Shown: positions 1 through 9,283, counted from the stretch's first letter. The stretch: DNA of 21,012 nucleotides from an uncultured Clostridium sp. (GCA_905204915.1 CAJLBR010000017.1:1-21012); one strand, 5' to 3'. Notes: generated by a model not told the origin, from the letters alone. A program made the numbers and translations.

Positions 1-1446
1 GAATATGATATAGATGGTGCTGTTGTAAACGTTGATAACTTAAACGTAAGAGATGCTGCTGCTGGTACATTAAGACAATTAAATTCTAAATTGGTAGAAA
101 GTAGAAATTTAAGTATATTTGTGTTTACTGTATTAAATAATTCGTCTGAATTTGAAAAAGATAGTGATAGACTTGATTATCTTGAATCTTTAGGATTTAA
201 GGTTATAGAAAAAAGGATAAAGGCTGAAAACAAAGAAGAAGTAATTTCAGCAATAAAAAAAATAGGTGAACTAAGAGATAGTTTGGAATATGATATAGAT
301 GGTGCTGTTGTAAACGTTGATAACTTAAACGTAAGAGATGAAATTGGAAAAACGGTAAAAGTTCCTAAATGGTCTGTAGCATATAAATATCCGCCTGAGA
401 GAAAAGAAACAAAAATATTAGATATTGTGACTCAAGTTGGACGTACAGGACAAGTGACTCCGATGGCTATATTAAATCCTGTAAGAGTTGCTGGTTCCAT
501 AATTTCTAAAACAACACTTCATAATTTTGACTATATAAAAGAAAAAGATATTAGAGTTGGTGATATTGCACTTATAGAAAAGGCCGGTGATGTAATTCCG
601 GAAGTTGTAGATGTAGTGAAGTCTAAAAGAGATGGTACTCAAAAAGAATATGAAATTCCAACAGTGTGTCCAGTATGTTTTGAGCCGTTAGATAAAGAAG
701 AAGGTCAAGTGGCACTAAGATGTACAAATAGTGAGTGCCCAGCATGTATATATAGAAGTATTATACATTTTGCTTCAAGAGATGCTATGGATATTTCTGG
801 TCTTGGTGAAAGTATAGTTGATGCTCTATTACAAGCAGGTCTTATAAAGGATATAGCAGATATTTATTATTTAAAATATGAAGATATATTTAAATTAGAA
901 AGATTCAAAGAAAAATCTGCTCAAAATTTGATAGATGCTATTACAGCAACAAAATCTAATACTTTAGATAAATTGATATTTGGTATGGGAATAAGACATA
1001 TCGGTAAAAAAGCTGCTAAAATTCTTGCAAATAAATATAATGATATATATGAAATAATGGGACTTGAAGTAGAAGAAGTTCAAAGTATTGATGATTTTGG
1101 TCTTACAATGGCTGAATCACTTGTTCACTTTTTCAAAAAAGATGAAACTAAAAAGTTAATAGAAAAATTTGAAAAAGCAGGAGTGAACTTACAAGGTAGT
1201 AAAAAAGAAGTCACATCTTCAGTATTAGAAGGAAAAAATATTGTAGTTACAGGTTCATTTGGTTCATATAAAAGGGATGATATAGTAAAATTAATAGAAG
1301 AGAATTCTGGCAAATTTGTAAATTCTGTTTCTAAGAAAACAGATTTTGTAATAGCTGGAGAAGATGCAGGTTCTAAACTAAAAAAAGCAAATGATTTAGG
1401 AGTAAAAGTGATTAGTTTAGAAGAATTTATTAGTATGATTAGCTAA
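1..1446 (+). CDS. ligA: NAD+-dependent DNA ligase LigA, 5'-truncated by the window edge. The window covers the end of the adenylation domain, the OB fold, a Cys4 Zn finger, HhH and BRCT.
   Basis: Frame 1 is open from nt 1, so the TTG at 91 in the ORF track is internal. Motifs seen: AAAGTLRQL, EYDIDGAVV, VPKWSVAYKYPPE, Zn finger CPVC...CTNSECPAC and a BRCT-like GKNIVVTGSF...FVIAGEDAGSKLKKA. Stop is TAA at 1444-1446. Confidence 0.93.
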   Translation, partial: EYDIDGAVVNVDNLNVRDAAAGTLRQLNSKLVESRNLSIFVFTVLNNSSEFEKDSDRLDYLESLGFKVIEKRIKAENKEEVISAIKKIGELRDSLEYDIDGAVVNVDNLNVRDEIGKTVKVPKWSVAYKYPPERKETKILDIVTQVGRTGQVTPMAILNPVRVAGSIISKTTLHNFDYIKEKDIRVGDIALIEKAGDVIPEVVDVVKSKRDGTQKEYEIPTVCPVCFEPLDKEEGQVALRCTNSECPACIYRSIIHFASRDAMDISGLGESIVDALLQAGLIKDIADIYYLKYEDIFKLERFKEKSAQNLIDAITATKSNTLDKLIFGMGIRHIGKKAAKILANKYNDIYEIMGLEVEEVQSIDDFGLTMAESLVHFFKKDETKKLIEKFEKAGVNLQGSKKEVTSSVLEGKNIVVTGSFGSYKRDDIVKLIEENSGKFVNSVSKKTDFVIAGEDAGSKLKKANDLGVKVISLEEFISMIS

Positions 1447-1474
1447 TAAATACTTTAAGGTAGGTAATAAAAAA

Positions 1475-4400
1475 ATGAATCCATTACTAAATTTAAAAAG
1501 TGTTATGTTTGATAACATTTTAAATGAACTAGGAAAAAATAATATAAAAATTTCAGAAATAAATGATAGTGCTAAAGCCCATATGATATATGGGCTTACA
1601 GTGCGTGGGAAAAATTCATCACTTATATGTTGTGCTAATGTATTTGAAGCTAAAAAAATGGTACAAAATTTAAAATTTTTCTCGGATATTTTGGTTGATT
1701 ATTTTCCAGCAAAAGAAATACTTTATTATGATATTGATGCAGAAAGTAAAGATATTGAAGCTGAAAGAATATCAGTAATCAATAATATATTTAAAAATAA
1801 CGATAAAAGAATAATTGTCACAACAATTGATGCTCTAATGACAAAAATACCAAGCTTAGATAATGTAAAAGAAAAATTTGAAATAGAACTTAATTTAAAT
1901 TCTGATATAACATTTGAAAAACTTGTGGCTGATTTAGCAGATATGGGATACGAAAGATGCGAAAATGTAGAGGGAATGGCACAATTTAGTGTAAAAGGTG
2001 GAATTATTGATGTATTTCCAGTTGCAGCACAGTTGCCTGTAAGAATTGAATTCTTTGGAGATGATATTGATAATATTAGAACTTTTGATGTAGAGTCACA
2101 AAGAAGTATTGATACACTAAAGAGTGTATGTATACCATATGCTAAGGAAAATGATATTAGTAAAACAAGAATAGATTTTACAATAGAAAATGTAAAAAAA
2201 TTACTTGAAGATCCAAATACAGATGAAAACCTTATAGATTATTTAAAACAAGATTTAGAAAAATTGGAATCTGGAGAAATAGAAGGAATAATGTATAAGT
2301 ATTATAATCTTTTATTTGATAGACAAGCTACAATATTTGATTATCTAAAAGATTATAATATATTTATAAATGAACCCGCAAAATGCTTAGAAAAAAGCAA
2401 TAATTTGTGTTATGAAAATTTAGAATCAATTAAAATATTAAAAGAAAAAGGATATATTTATGAACCATATATTGCAAAATATTTAACTTATGAAGAAGTA
2501 TTTGAAAGCGTAAACAATAAAGTAGTTCTTCAAAATTTAAATACTAGCATAAATAATGACAAAAGTTTTTATAAAGAATATATTTTGGATTTTAAAGAGC
2601 AAATTTTTACTAAAAGTAGTTTTGAAACTTTGATGTTTGATATTGGTAAACATAAGGATTATTTGAAAATTTTAGTTTTACCAACCAAGATTAGAACAGA
2701 ACAAGTAACAAATTATTTAACTGATAATGGTGTGAATGCTGTTATAGTAAATGATATATTTGAAGTTGATATCAGTGACAAAAACAGGGTATTTGTTTTA
2801 AACGGAATTTTATCTGAAGGATATTCATCTGATAATTTAAAGCTATATATATTGGCAGAGCCATTAATAAATACTAAAAGTAAAATAAAAAGGACAAGAA
2901 AGTCAGAGTTTATTGGTGAGAAAATTAACAGCTATTATGACTTAGAAGTTGGAGATTATATAGTACATGAAGCACATGGTATAGGTATATATAAAGGAAT
3001 TGAAACAATAAGTGTACAGGGAATAAGAAAAGATTATATAAAACTTGAATATGACAAGGGTGGTACACTATATATTCCAATTAACCAGTTAGATAGTGTT
3101 AAAAAATATGTATGTGATGATAATGAAAAAGTAAAACTTAATTCCTTAAATTCTAAAGAGTGGGAAAAGACCAAAAGAAAAGTTACAGAACATGTTGAAG
3201 AAGTGGCTAAAGAACTTGTAGCACTATATGCTAAACGTGAAAATTCTAAAGGATATGCTTTTGATAAGGATACACAGTGGCAAAAAGAATTTGAAGATTC
3301 TTTTGAATATGAACTTACTGCTGACCAAAAACAAGCTGTAAAAGATATTAAAGAGGACATGGAAAGCGATAAAATAATGGATAGACTTCTATGTGGGGAT
3401 GTTGGATACGGAAAAACCGAGGTGGCATTAAGAGCGGCTTTTAAAGCTGTGATGAGTGGCAAACAAGTTGCATATTTGGTTCCAACTACAGTGCTTTCTT
3501 TGCAACAATATCAGACATTTAAATCTAGAATGGAACCATTCGGAATAAAGGTTGAAATGCTTAGTAGATTTAGATCTAAAAAAGAGCAAACTAAAATATT
3601 AAAAGAACTTATTGATGGAAAAATAGATGTTATTGTTGGTACACATAGATTGCTTTCAAAAGATGTATTCTTTAAAGATTTAGGATTTTTGATAATTGAT
3701 GAGGAACATAGATTTGGGGTAAAGGCTAAAGAATCAATAAAAATATTAAAACAAAACATAGATGTTCTTTCAATGACTGCCACACCAATTCCAAGAACTC
3801 TTCATATGTCACTTGTTGGAATAAGAAAAATGAGTACTCTTACAGAGCCTCCATTAGAGAGACTACCAGTACATACATATGTTATGGAATATGATGATAT
3901 AGTAATAAAAGATGCCATAGAAAAGGAACTTTTGAGAGATGGACAAGTATTTTATATAAGTAATAGGGTAGATAATATAGAAGAAGTTACACAGAAAGTA
4001 AGAGAAATGGTACCAAGTGCAAAAGTTGCATTTGCACATGGACAAATGGATTCTGAAGAGATGGAAGAAATAATGTTAAAATTCATGAATCATGAAATTG
4101 ATATTATTGTTTGCACTACTATATTAGAGACTGGAATAGATATAAAAAATGCCAATACAATAATAATAGAAAATGCAGATAAATTAGGACTTGCTCAACT
4201 TTATCAAATAAGAGGAAGAGTAGGCAGATCTAGTAGACTTGCATATGCGTATATTACTTACGAAAAAAATAGACAAATTACCGAAGTATCTGAAAAAAGG
4301 TTAAAAGCTATAAAAGACTTTACTGAATTTGGAAGTGGATTTAAAATTGCACTAAGAGATTTAGAAATAAGAGGTGCTGGTAATTTACTTGGAAATAAAC

Positions 4401-4903
4401 AACATGGACATATGGTAAAAGTAGGATATGAAATGTACATGTCATTGTTAGAAAAGGCAGTTGAAAAAGAACAAGGTAAAGATAATACAAATAGTAATTC
4501 TGTAGCTGATATTTCAAATAAGGTTATGTCTGAAGTTAAAATTGATCTAAATGTTTCAGCTTATATAGATGATAGCTACATAAAAGATCCAATTCAAAAG
4601 ATATTAATGTATCAAAAAATATCTGATATTAAAACTAAAGAAGATAGTTTAGATGTAATTGACGAATTATTAGATCGTTATGGAGATATACCAAAGGAAA
4701 CTGAAAATTTAATTAAAATTGTTGAGATTAGAAATATCGCTCGTGACATTGGTGTTAAGAAAATATGTGCAAACGGTGAAATTTTAACTATAGAAACAAT
4801 TAATGAAAAGTTTAGATTGACAAACAAAAAGACAAGTGATATACTAATTTACGTACAATTGCAGTTAAATAATTTAAAGGCAAAATTAAATGAAAAGGAG
4901 TAG
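1475..4903 (+). CDS. mfd: Transcription-repair coupling factor Mfd (1142 aa)
   Basis: Superfamily-2 helicase motifs GDVGYGKTEVA, LIIDEEHRFG, SMTATPIPRT and QLYQIRGRVGRS. A CarD/RNAP-interaction-like segment (GDYIVHEAHGIGIY) and a C-terminal TRCF domain are present. The length is typical, and an RBS-like AAGGTAGGT lies upstream of the ATG. Confidence 0.96.
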   Translation: MNPLLNLKSVMFDNILNELGKNNIKISEINDSAKAHMIYGLTVRGKNSSLICCANVFEAKKMVQNLKFFSDILVDYFPAKEILYYDIDAESKDIEAERISVINNIFKNNDKRIIVTTIDALMTKIPSLDNVKEKFEIELNLNSDITFEKLVADLADMGYERCENVEGMAQFSVKGGIIDVFPVAAQLPVRIEFFGDDIDNIRTFDVESQRSIDTLKSVCIPYAKENDISKTRIDFTIENVKKLLEDPNTDENLIDYLKQDLEKLESGEIEGIMYKYYNLLFDRQATIFDYLKDYNIFINEPAKCLEKSNNLCYENLESIKILKEKGYIYEPYIAKYLTYEEVFESVNNKVVLQNLNTSINNDKSFYKEYILDFKEQIFTKSSFETLMFDIGKHKDYLKILVLPTKIRTEQVTNYLTDNGVNAVIVNDIFEVDISDKNRVFVLNGILSEGYSSDNLKLYILAEPLINTKSKIKRTRKSEFIGEKINSYYDLEVGDYIVHEAHGIGIYKGIETISVQGIRKDYIKLEYDKGGTLYIPINQLDSVKKYVCDDNEKVKLNSLNSKEWEKTKRKVTEHVEEVAKELVALYAKRENSKGYAFDKDTQWQKEFEDSFEYELTADQKQAVKDIKEDMESDKIMDRLLCGDVGYGKTEVALRAAFKAVMSGKQVAYLVPTTVLSLQQYQTFKSRMEPFGIKVEMLSRFRSKKEQTKILKELIDGKIDVIVGTHRLLSKDVFFKDLGFLIIDEEHRFGVKAKESIKILKQNIDVLSMTATPIPRTLHMSLVGIRKMSTLTEPPLERLPVHTYVMEYDDIVIKDAIEKELLRDGQVFYISNRVDNIEEVTQKVREMVPSAKVAFAHGQMDSEEMEEIMLKFMNHEIDIIVCTTILETGIDIKNANTIIIENADKLGLAQLYQIRGRVGRSSRLAYAYITYEKNRQITEVSEKRLKAIKDFTEFGSGFKIALRDLEIRGAGNLLGNKQHGHMVKVGYEMYMSLLEKAVEKEQGKDNTNSNSVADISNKVMSEVKIDLNVSAYIDDSYIKDPIQKILMYQKISDIKTKEDSLDVIDELLDRYGDIPKETENLIKIVEIRNIARDIGVKKICANGEILTIETINEKFRLTNKKTSDILIYVQLQLNNLKAKLNEKE

Positions 4904-4908
4904 AATAT

Positions 4909-6300
4909 ATGAAAGATGATAAAGAAAAAGTAGAAAATGTTGACAAGAAAAAAGATGATAAAAAAGTACAAAATACAACAAAAAAATCATCTAACAATGC
5001 AAAATCTAATAACAACCAAAAGAAAAAAAATAATAATCAATCAACTAAAAAAGAAAACAAAAAAGTTGAAGAAGTAAAAAAAGAAGAAGTTAAGGAAGTT
5101 AAAGCTAAAAAAGATGTAGTTAAAGAAAATAAAGAAAGCCAAGAAGTTAAAGAAATTAAAAAAGCAGAAGCAGAAGCTAAAAAACTTGCTAAAGAACAAG
5201 AGAAAAAAATGAATAAAGCTTTTGTTGGTACTGATAAAATAGCAATATTTTCAGTAATTGCTGTAGTTTTATTAATAGCATTCGGTTTATTCTTCTATCT
5301 TTATTATTCACAAAATATGGTTGCTGTAGTAACATTCGATGGTGGTAAAGTAACTCGTGCAGAATACGAAGTTTATTATAAAACATTTGAACCATTCTTA
5401 ACAACTTACTATGGATATCCAGAAGACCAAGTTGGTGAACAAATAGCTCAAAAAGCTGCACTTGATAAAATTATTGTAAAAGATGCAACAGCTGCTGGTG
5501 TAACACTTACAGATGAAAATAAAACTGCAATAGATGAAGTGTTTAACGATGAAGATAGAATAAAATCTTTCCAACAACAAGGAATCGATATCGATATAAT
5601 GAGACAATTATATGAAAGTGATTATATAATTACAAATTATATGGAAAAAATGGCAGAAGACTTAACTGATGATGAAGTAAAAGCATACATCACAGAAACT
5701 TATGGTGATTCTGCAGATTTATATGAATACAATACAAGTCATATATTATTCAAAACAATAGATGATTCTTCTTCTGAAATTAGTGATGAAGAAAAAGCTG
5801 CTAAAAAAGCTAAAGCAGAAGAAATTTTAAGTAGAGCATTAGCTGGTGAAGATTTTGCTACACTTGCTAAAGAAAACTCTGAAGATTCTACTGCAAGTGA
5901 TGGTGGAGTATTTGTAATGTACATGGATGGAAATACAGTTACAGAATATTCTGATGCAGTTGCAAAATTAAACGAAGGTGAAGTTTGTGCAACTCTAGTA
6001 GAGTCTGATTATGGTTACCATATTATAAAATTAAACAAAAAAGTAGAAAATGGAAGATTACAAAATAGCAATGAAAGAGAAGCTTGTGTATCTGAAAAAA
6101 TAAATAAATTATCAGAAGAAAGAAATATTAATGTAAATACTGATATAATGAACAAAATAATTGAAAAATTAAAGAGTGAATCAACAAGCACTACTACTGA
6201 TAATTCATCTGATTCAACAGAAGATACTACAACTACAACAACAGATGATACAACTACTACAGATGACACAACTGTAACTGAAGAAACAACAGCAGAATAA
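4909..6300 (+). CDS. Membrane-anchored parvulin-type peptidyl-prolyl isomerase (PrsA/SurA-like), with a Lys-rich N-terminal extension and a Thr/Asp-rich C-terminal tail
   Basis: PpiC-type signatures: SHILFKT...AEEIL..A..GEDFATLAKENSEDS...GG and YGYHIIKL. There is a single TM helix (IAIFSVIAVVLLIAFGLFFYLYY). The position immediately downstream of mfd is typical for Clostridia. RBS AAAGGAG lies 7 nt upstream of the ATG. Confidence 0.82.
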   Translation: MKDDKEKVENVDKKKDDKKVQNTTKKSSNNAKSNNNQKKKNNNQSTKKENKKVEEVKKEEVKEVKAKKDVVKENKESQEVKEIKKAEAEAKKLAKEQEKKMNKAFVGTDKIAIFSVIAVVLLIAFGLFFYLYYSQNMVAVVTFDGGKVTRAEYEVYYKTFEPFLTTYYGYPEDQVGEQIAQKAALDKIIVKDATAAGVTLTDENKTAIDEVFNDEDRIKSFQQQGIDIDIMRQLYESDYIITNYMEKMAEDLTDDEVKAYITETYGDSADLYEYNTSHILFKTIDDSSSEISDEEKAAKKAKAEEILSRALAGEDFATLAKENSEDSTASDGGVFVMYMDGNTVTEYSDAVAKLNEGEVCATLVESDYGYHIIKLNKKVENGRLQNSNEREACVSEKINKLSEERNINVNTDIMNKIIEKLKSESTSTTTDNSSDSTEDTTTTTTDDTTTTDDTTVTEETTAE

Positions 6301-6317
6301 AATTTAAGGGGAATACT

Positions 6318-7172
6318 ATGGAACAAACTTTAATAATAAATAGTAAATCTAATGAAAAAGTTAAATTTGTTAAATCTTTAAATGATAAAAAATTTAGAGT
6401 AAAAAATGAAGCTTTTTATTTAGAGGGAATAAAAGTTGTTTACGAGGTATTAAGTAAAGAAAAAGCGATAGACGTTATGTTTATCGCTTATTCTGATGAA
6501 ATACTAAATAAAACAAAACAGGGTATAGAAGCTTTAAAAAAATTAAATAATAAAAAGTATAATGATATAAAAAAATATAATTTTTCTGAGGCTGCTTTCG
6601 ATTTTATGTGTGATACAGTAACTCCACAAGGAATTTTAGTGGTTTTAAAAACAAAGAAAGTAACATTAGAAAATTTAATTGAAGATGCTACAAATAAAAA
6701 TCAAAATCTTTTAATTGTAGATAAAGTTCAAGATGCTGGGAATTTAGGGACAATAATAAGAACTGCAAATGCATTTGATATAAATAACATAATTTGTATA
6801 GACGGAACAGTAGATGTATATTCACAAAAAGTTTTAAGATCTACTATGGGAACAGTATTGACCACAAATATTGTATATGTATCAGATAATATGATTCAAG
6901 AATTAAAGAAAGAGTTAAATCAAAACAAATTTGTTATAACAGTTACATCACTTGAAGCTAAAAAATATCTAGAAGATTTAGAGTATGGCAATAATAAATA
7001 TGCTTTTGTTTTAGGAAATGAAGCAAATGGTGTAAGTGAAAAAATGATAAATGTAGCTGATGAACAAATTAAAATTAGAATGAATAATAATGTAGAGTCT
7101 TTGAATGTATCAATTGCCTCTGGAATTTTATTATATGATCAGTATAAAAATAAACCAAAAATAAAAATGTAA
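6318..7172 (+). CDS. TrmH/SpoU-family RNA 2'-O-methyltransferase
   Basis: SPOUT motifs: LLIVDKVQDAGNLGTIIRTANAF, AFVLGNEANGVS and ESLNVSIASGILLYD. An N-terminal substrate-binding-like domain is present. Confidence 0.85.
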   Translation: MEQTLIINSKSNEKVKFVKSLNDKKFRVKNEAFYLEGIKVVYEVLSKEKAIDVMFIAYSDEILNKTKQGIEALKKLNNKKYNDIKKYNFSEAAFDFMCDTVTPQGILVVLKTKKVTLENLIEDATNKNQNLLIVDKVQDAGNLGTIIRTANAFDINNIICIDGTVDVYSQKVLRSTMGTVLTTNIVYVSDNMIQELKKELNQNKFVITVTSLEAKKYLEDLEYGNNKYAFVLGNEANGVSEKMINVADEQIKIRMNNNVESLNVSIASGILLYDQYKNKPKIKM

Positions 7173-7262
7173 AAAATTAAAATAAAGTCTGCGCAAGTAT
7201 AAATGTAGATTAAATGCACATTATATAATTAGGCAAATTTTTTATTTGCTAGGAGGTTCTAC

Positions 7263-7481
7263 ATGAAGGCTTTAAATGTTTTATTTTTAATTTTAGTTAT
7301 TGTAGGAGCTATTAACTGGGGATGTATAGGATTATTTGGTACAGACGTTGTTGGCTCAATTTTGGGTGGAACAGATTCTGTAGTAAGTAGAATTGTGTAC
7401 ACTATAGTTGGTATTGCTGGACTTTGGGCTTTTTCATTCTTCGGTAAAGTTGATGAAAAAACAGAAGAAGCCGCTTCTTAA
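7263..7481 (+). CDS. DUF378-family small membrane protein (72 aa)
   Basis: Characteristic VGAINWGCIGLFGTDVV motif with two predicted TM helices. A perfect AGGAGG RBS lies 6 nt upstream. Confidence 0.82.
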   Translation: MKALNVLFLILVIVGAINWGCIGLFGTDVVGSILGGTDSVVSRIVYTIVGIAGLWAFSFFGKVDEKTEEAAS

Positions 7482-7494
7482 AATAACTAAAGAA

Positions 7495-7538
7495 CTAGTA
7501 TAGAAAGTAACTAAATTTTCTATACTAGTTTTCTTTTT
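7495..7538. terminator. Bidirectional rho-independent terminator between the convergent DUF378 gene and spoIIR
   Basis: A perfect 12-bp stem pairs CTAGTATAGAAA (7495-7506) with TTTCTATACTAG (7517-7528). It is followed by TTTTCTTTTT. Confidence 0.75.
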
Positions 7539-7548
7539 ATATAATTAA

Positions 7549-8151
7549 TTATAATTCATTTAATATTTCTAAAATTTTAAAAGAATACTCTTTATTTGGG
7601 ACATTTTCATTATCATAAATATTAGAAATGCCTGGTAAAATAGAATCTAAATTAGATATATTTTTAATAGACTCTTCGTTTGGAAATATTAGAGACCAAA
7701 TATTTTTGCCCTCTGCATTGCCAAGATTTATTCTAATGCTATTATAGCATCCCTGTGGCATAGTAAGTTCTATGCTATCTTTTTTATCATAGTATATTTT
7801 ACCAATATCTATTGAACTTGAATAATCCATATTATTTTCATTTAGTACTTTGTTTGTAATTTTTGCTATATCATTGGTATTTTTTTCTAATATATTTAAT
7901 GTTTCTTTAGAAGACGTATTATTATCTATATTTAATGATTTTATATAATCATTTACACTTTCATATATTTTTAATTTGACTAATTGATCTTGGATAGAAT
8001 TACTGTTTGCAACAACATGTATCCTTGTTAGCTGATCTTTAGTCTCTTCTGATTTTAATAATTTAACAGTAATATAAACATTTAACATTATAAAACAAAA
8101 GGTAAATATTGCAAGACATATATTTTTTTGATTAAATTTTACTTCTTTCAT
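7549..8151 (-). CDS. spoIIR: Stage II sporulation protein R (SpoIIR)
   Basis: N-terminal TM/signal segment followed by the RIHVVANSNSIQDQLVKLKI motif typical of SpoIIR; size is about 200 aa. I prefer the ATG at 8151 because the GTG at 8160 lies inside an AGGTGA RBS. The GTG at 8160 remains an alternative start. Confidence 0.82.
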   Translation of the reverse strand: MKEVKFNQKNICLAIFTFCFIMLNVYITVKLLKSEETKDQLTRIHVVANSNSIQDQLVKLKIYESVNDYIKSLNIDNNTSSKETLNILEKNTNDIAKITNKVLNENNMDYSSSIDIGKIYYDKKDSIELTMPQGCYNSIRINLGNAEGKNIWSLIFPNEESIKNISNLDSILPGISNIYDNENVPNKEYSFKILEILNEL

Positions 8152-8310
8152 TTTTATCACCTGAGATTAGTATTTGGTAAAAAATAATAAATATACCATA
8201 TTATGGAAAAATGTTTAAGAAAAAAAGAGTGAATATTGTAGAAAAAAATTATGTATATTTTAACATTGCTTTTTTCTACAAAAGTAGCTAATTTATGGTA
8301 AAAATCGAAA

Positions 8311-8339
8311 TTGACTTTTAGATTTCTAGGTGTTAAAAT
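8311..8339 (+). promoter_or_regulatory. Sigma-A-type promoter for the 144-aa gene
   Basis: TTGACT (8311-8316), a 17-nt spacer ending in TGT (extended -10), then TAAAAT (8334-8339). Confidence 0.5.
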
Positions 8340-8365
8340 TTAATTAATAAGGGGGAGAACAAAAG

Positions 8366-8800
8366 ATGAAAAAAATTAAATTATGCTGTTTTACAGTAAA
8401 TTATACACATGCATGTATCATTGCAAATAATTTTATAAATAATAGATTAAGTAATGTAAAAGTTATATATGTTAACGAAAAAAGCGAAAAAAAGAAAATG
8501 AAAAATATTATATCAAGATTCTATAAAAAGATGGATGATAAAATGTTTTGTACAGAGTGGTTAGATGAAAGACTAACACATGATTATTTAAATGAAACTT
8601 TTGTATTTGTTGTAAATGGAAAAGAAGAGTTTATAGAAAGAGTAAATAAGTATTTAAATGTAAATGATTTTAGAGGATATATAATAAATTGTTATGATAT
8701 TTTCGACATAAAAAGTACAACAGAAGATATTATAGATAGCCATGATTATTATATAAATACTACCGGTATAGTAAACAAAGAAAGCCTAAAATTGAAATGA
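8366..8800 (+). CDS. Hypothetical protein, 144 aa, with native AT-rich composition
   Basis: ORF with a GGGGGA RBS 9 nt upstream. I recognise no confident family. The N-terminus KLCCFTVNYTHACIIANNF is vaguely reminiscent of DUF3189-type proteins, but this is unverified. Confidence 0.6.
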   Translation: MKKIKLCCFTVNYTHACIIANNFINNRLSNVKVIYVNEKSEKKKMKNIISRFYKKMDDKMFCTEWLDERLTHDYLNETFVFVVNGKEEFIERVNKYLNVNDFRGYIINCYDIFDIKSTTEDIIDSHDYYINTTGIVNKESLKLK

Positions 8801-8803
8801 AAC

Positions 8804-8832
8804 TTGACATAATACATAAATTGTGTTAAAAT
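8804..8832 (+). promoter_or_regulatory. Sigma-A-type promoter of the higher-GC ORFan cassette
   Basis: TTGACA (8804-8809), a 17-nt spacer ending in TGT, then TAAAAT (8827-8832). It shares the 14-mer TGTTAAAATGTTAG with the dtxR-family promoter downstream. Confidence 0.55.
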
Positions 8833-8889
8833 GTTAGCGCACGTGATAGTGTAGAATCCATTATGACTATTAAAGGAGGACATTTTAAC

Positions 8890-9273
8890 ATGAAGAAAGA
8901 AAGCATTAAGTTGTCGATAAGAAAGGCTGCTAAGTCACTCGAACAGTTCGTCGATTTCTGTGACGAAAAGTGTACAGCGGTAAAAGAAAAGCTTTATGAG
9001 ACGAGGTTTTGCGTTGACTACCCAATCGGCACTGAGTTCACAAGTCCAAAGGGAAAAACCTGCAAGATCAAAGAGTACATCTTTAACAGCGATGGCTGCT
9101 TTGTTGTTGTTGAAAAAGGTGACGGCAAGAGATCTAAGCGAATGAGTATGACTGAATTTGAATCCAAGTATACTCTGAAAAACAACCCAGAAGACGATGA
9201 TCCGGCAGCGGCGGAAGCTGACACTATCAATGAAGAATCTGATGATTCTGATGATGACAGCGACGAAAGCTAA
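8890..9273 (+). CDS. ORFan protein, 127 aa, with a polyacidic C-terminal tail and foreign (higher-GC) composition
   Basis: GGAGG (8875-8879) lies 10 nt upstream of ATG 8890, so the track's start at 8863 is probably too early. Hand GC counts are 24/60 (8941-9000) and 29/60 (9001-9060), against 11/60 in the native neighbour (8401-8460). The tail reads PEDDDPAAAEADTINEESDDSDDDSDES. The gene has its own promoter and terminator. Confidence 0.7.
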   Translation: MKKESIKLSIRKAAKSLEQFVDFCDEKCTAVKEKLYETRFCVDYPIGTEFTSPKGKTCKIKEYIFNSDGCFVVVEKGDGKRSKRMSMTEFESKYTLKNNPEDDDPAAAEADTINEESDDSDDDSDES

Positions 9274-9283
9274 TTAAAAAATA

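Noticed and set aside
6180-6300. ACT/ACA/GAT-rich stretch at the 3' end of the PPIase gene as a tandem repeat or microsatellite
   Set aside because: It is in-frame low-complexity coding sequence (Thr/Asp run) with an imperfect, non-unit periodicity. It is better described as a low-complexity protein tail.
1125-6326. Numerous 60-142-aa minus-strand ORFs inside ligA, mfd and the PPIase gene (for example 1125-1313, 3034-3462, 3511-3783, 3863-4045, 4258-4440, 4812-5015, 5189-5461, 5398-5607, 5739-5924, 6015-6326)
   Set aside because: They are antisense shadows of strongly supported long genes. They are rich in S/F/L/I as expected from reverse-complemented AT-rich codons, and none has an RBS or recognisable motifs.
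7173-7262. The intergenic region upstream of the DUF378 gene as a riboswitch or tRNA
   Set aside because: It is only about 90 nt and has a single weak 6-bp hairpin (GCAAAT/ATTTGC) next to the RBS. There is no cloverleaf and no conserved riboswitch core that I can recognise.
8161-8260. A sigma-F-type promoter for spoIIR
   Set aside because: The minus-strand upstream sequence contains GGTATATTTA, which loosely resembles a sigma-F -10 box. I could not find a convincing -35 partner at proper spacing, so no call is made.
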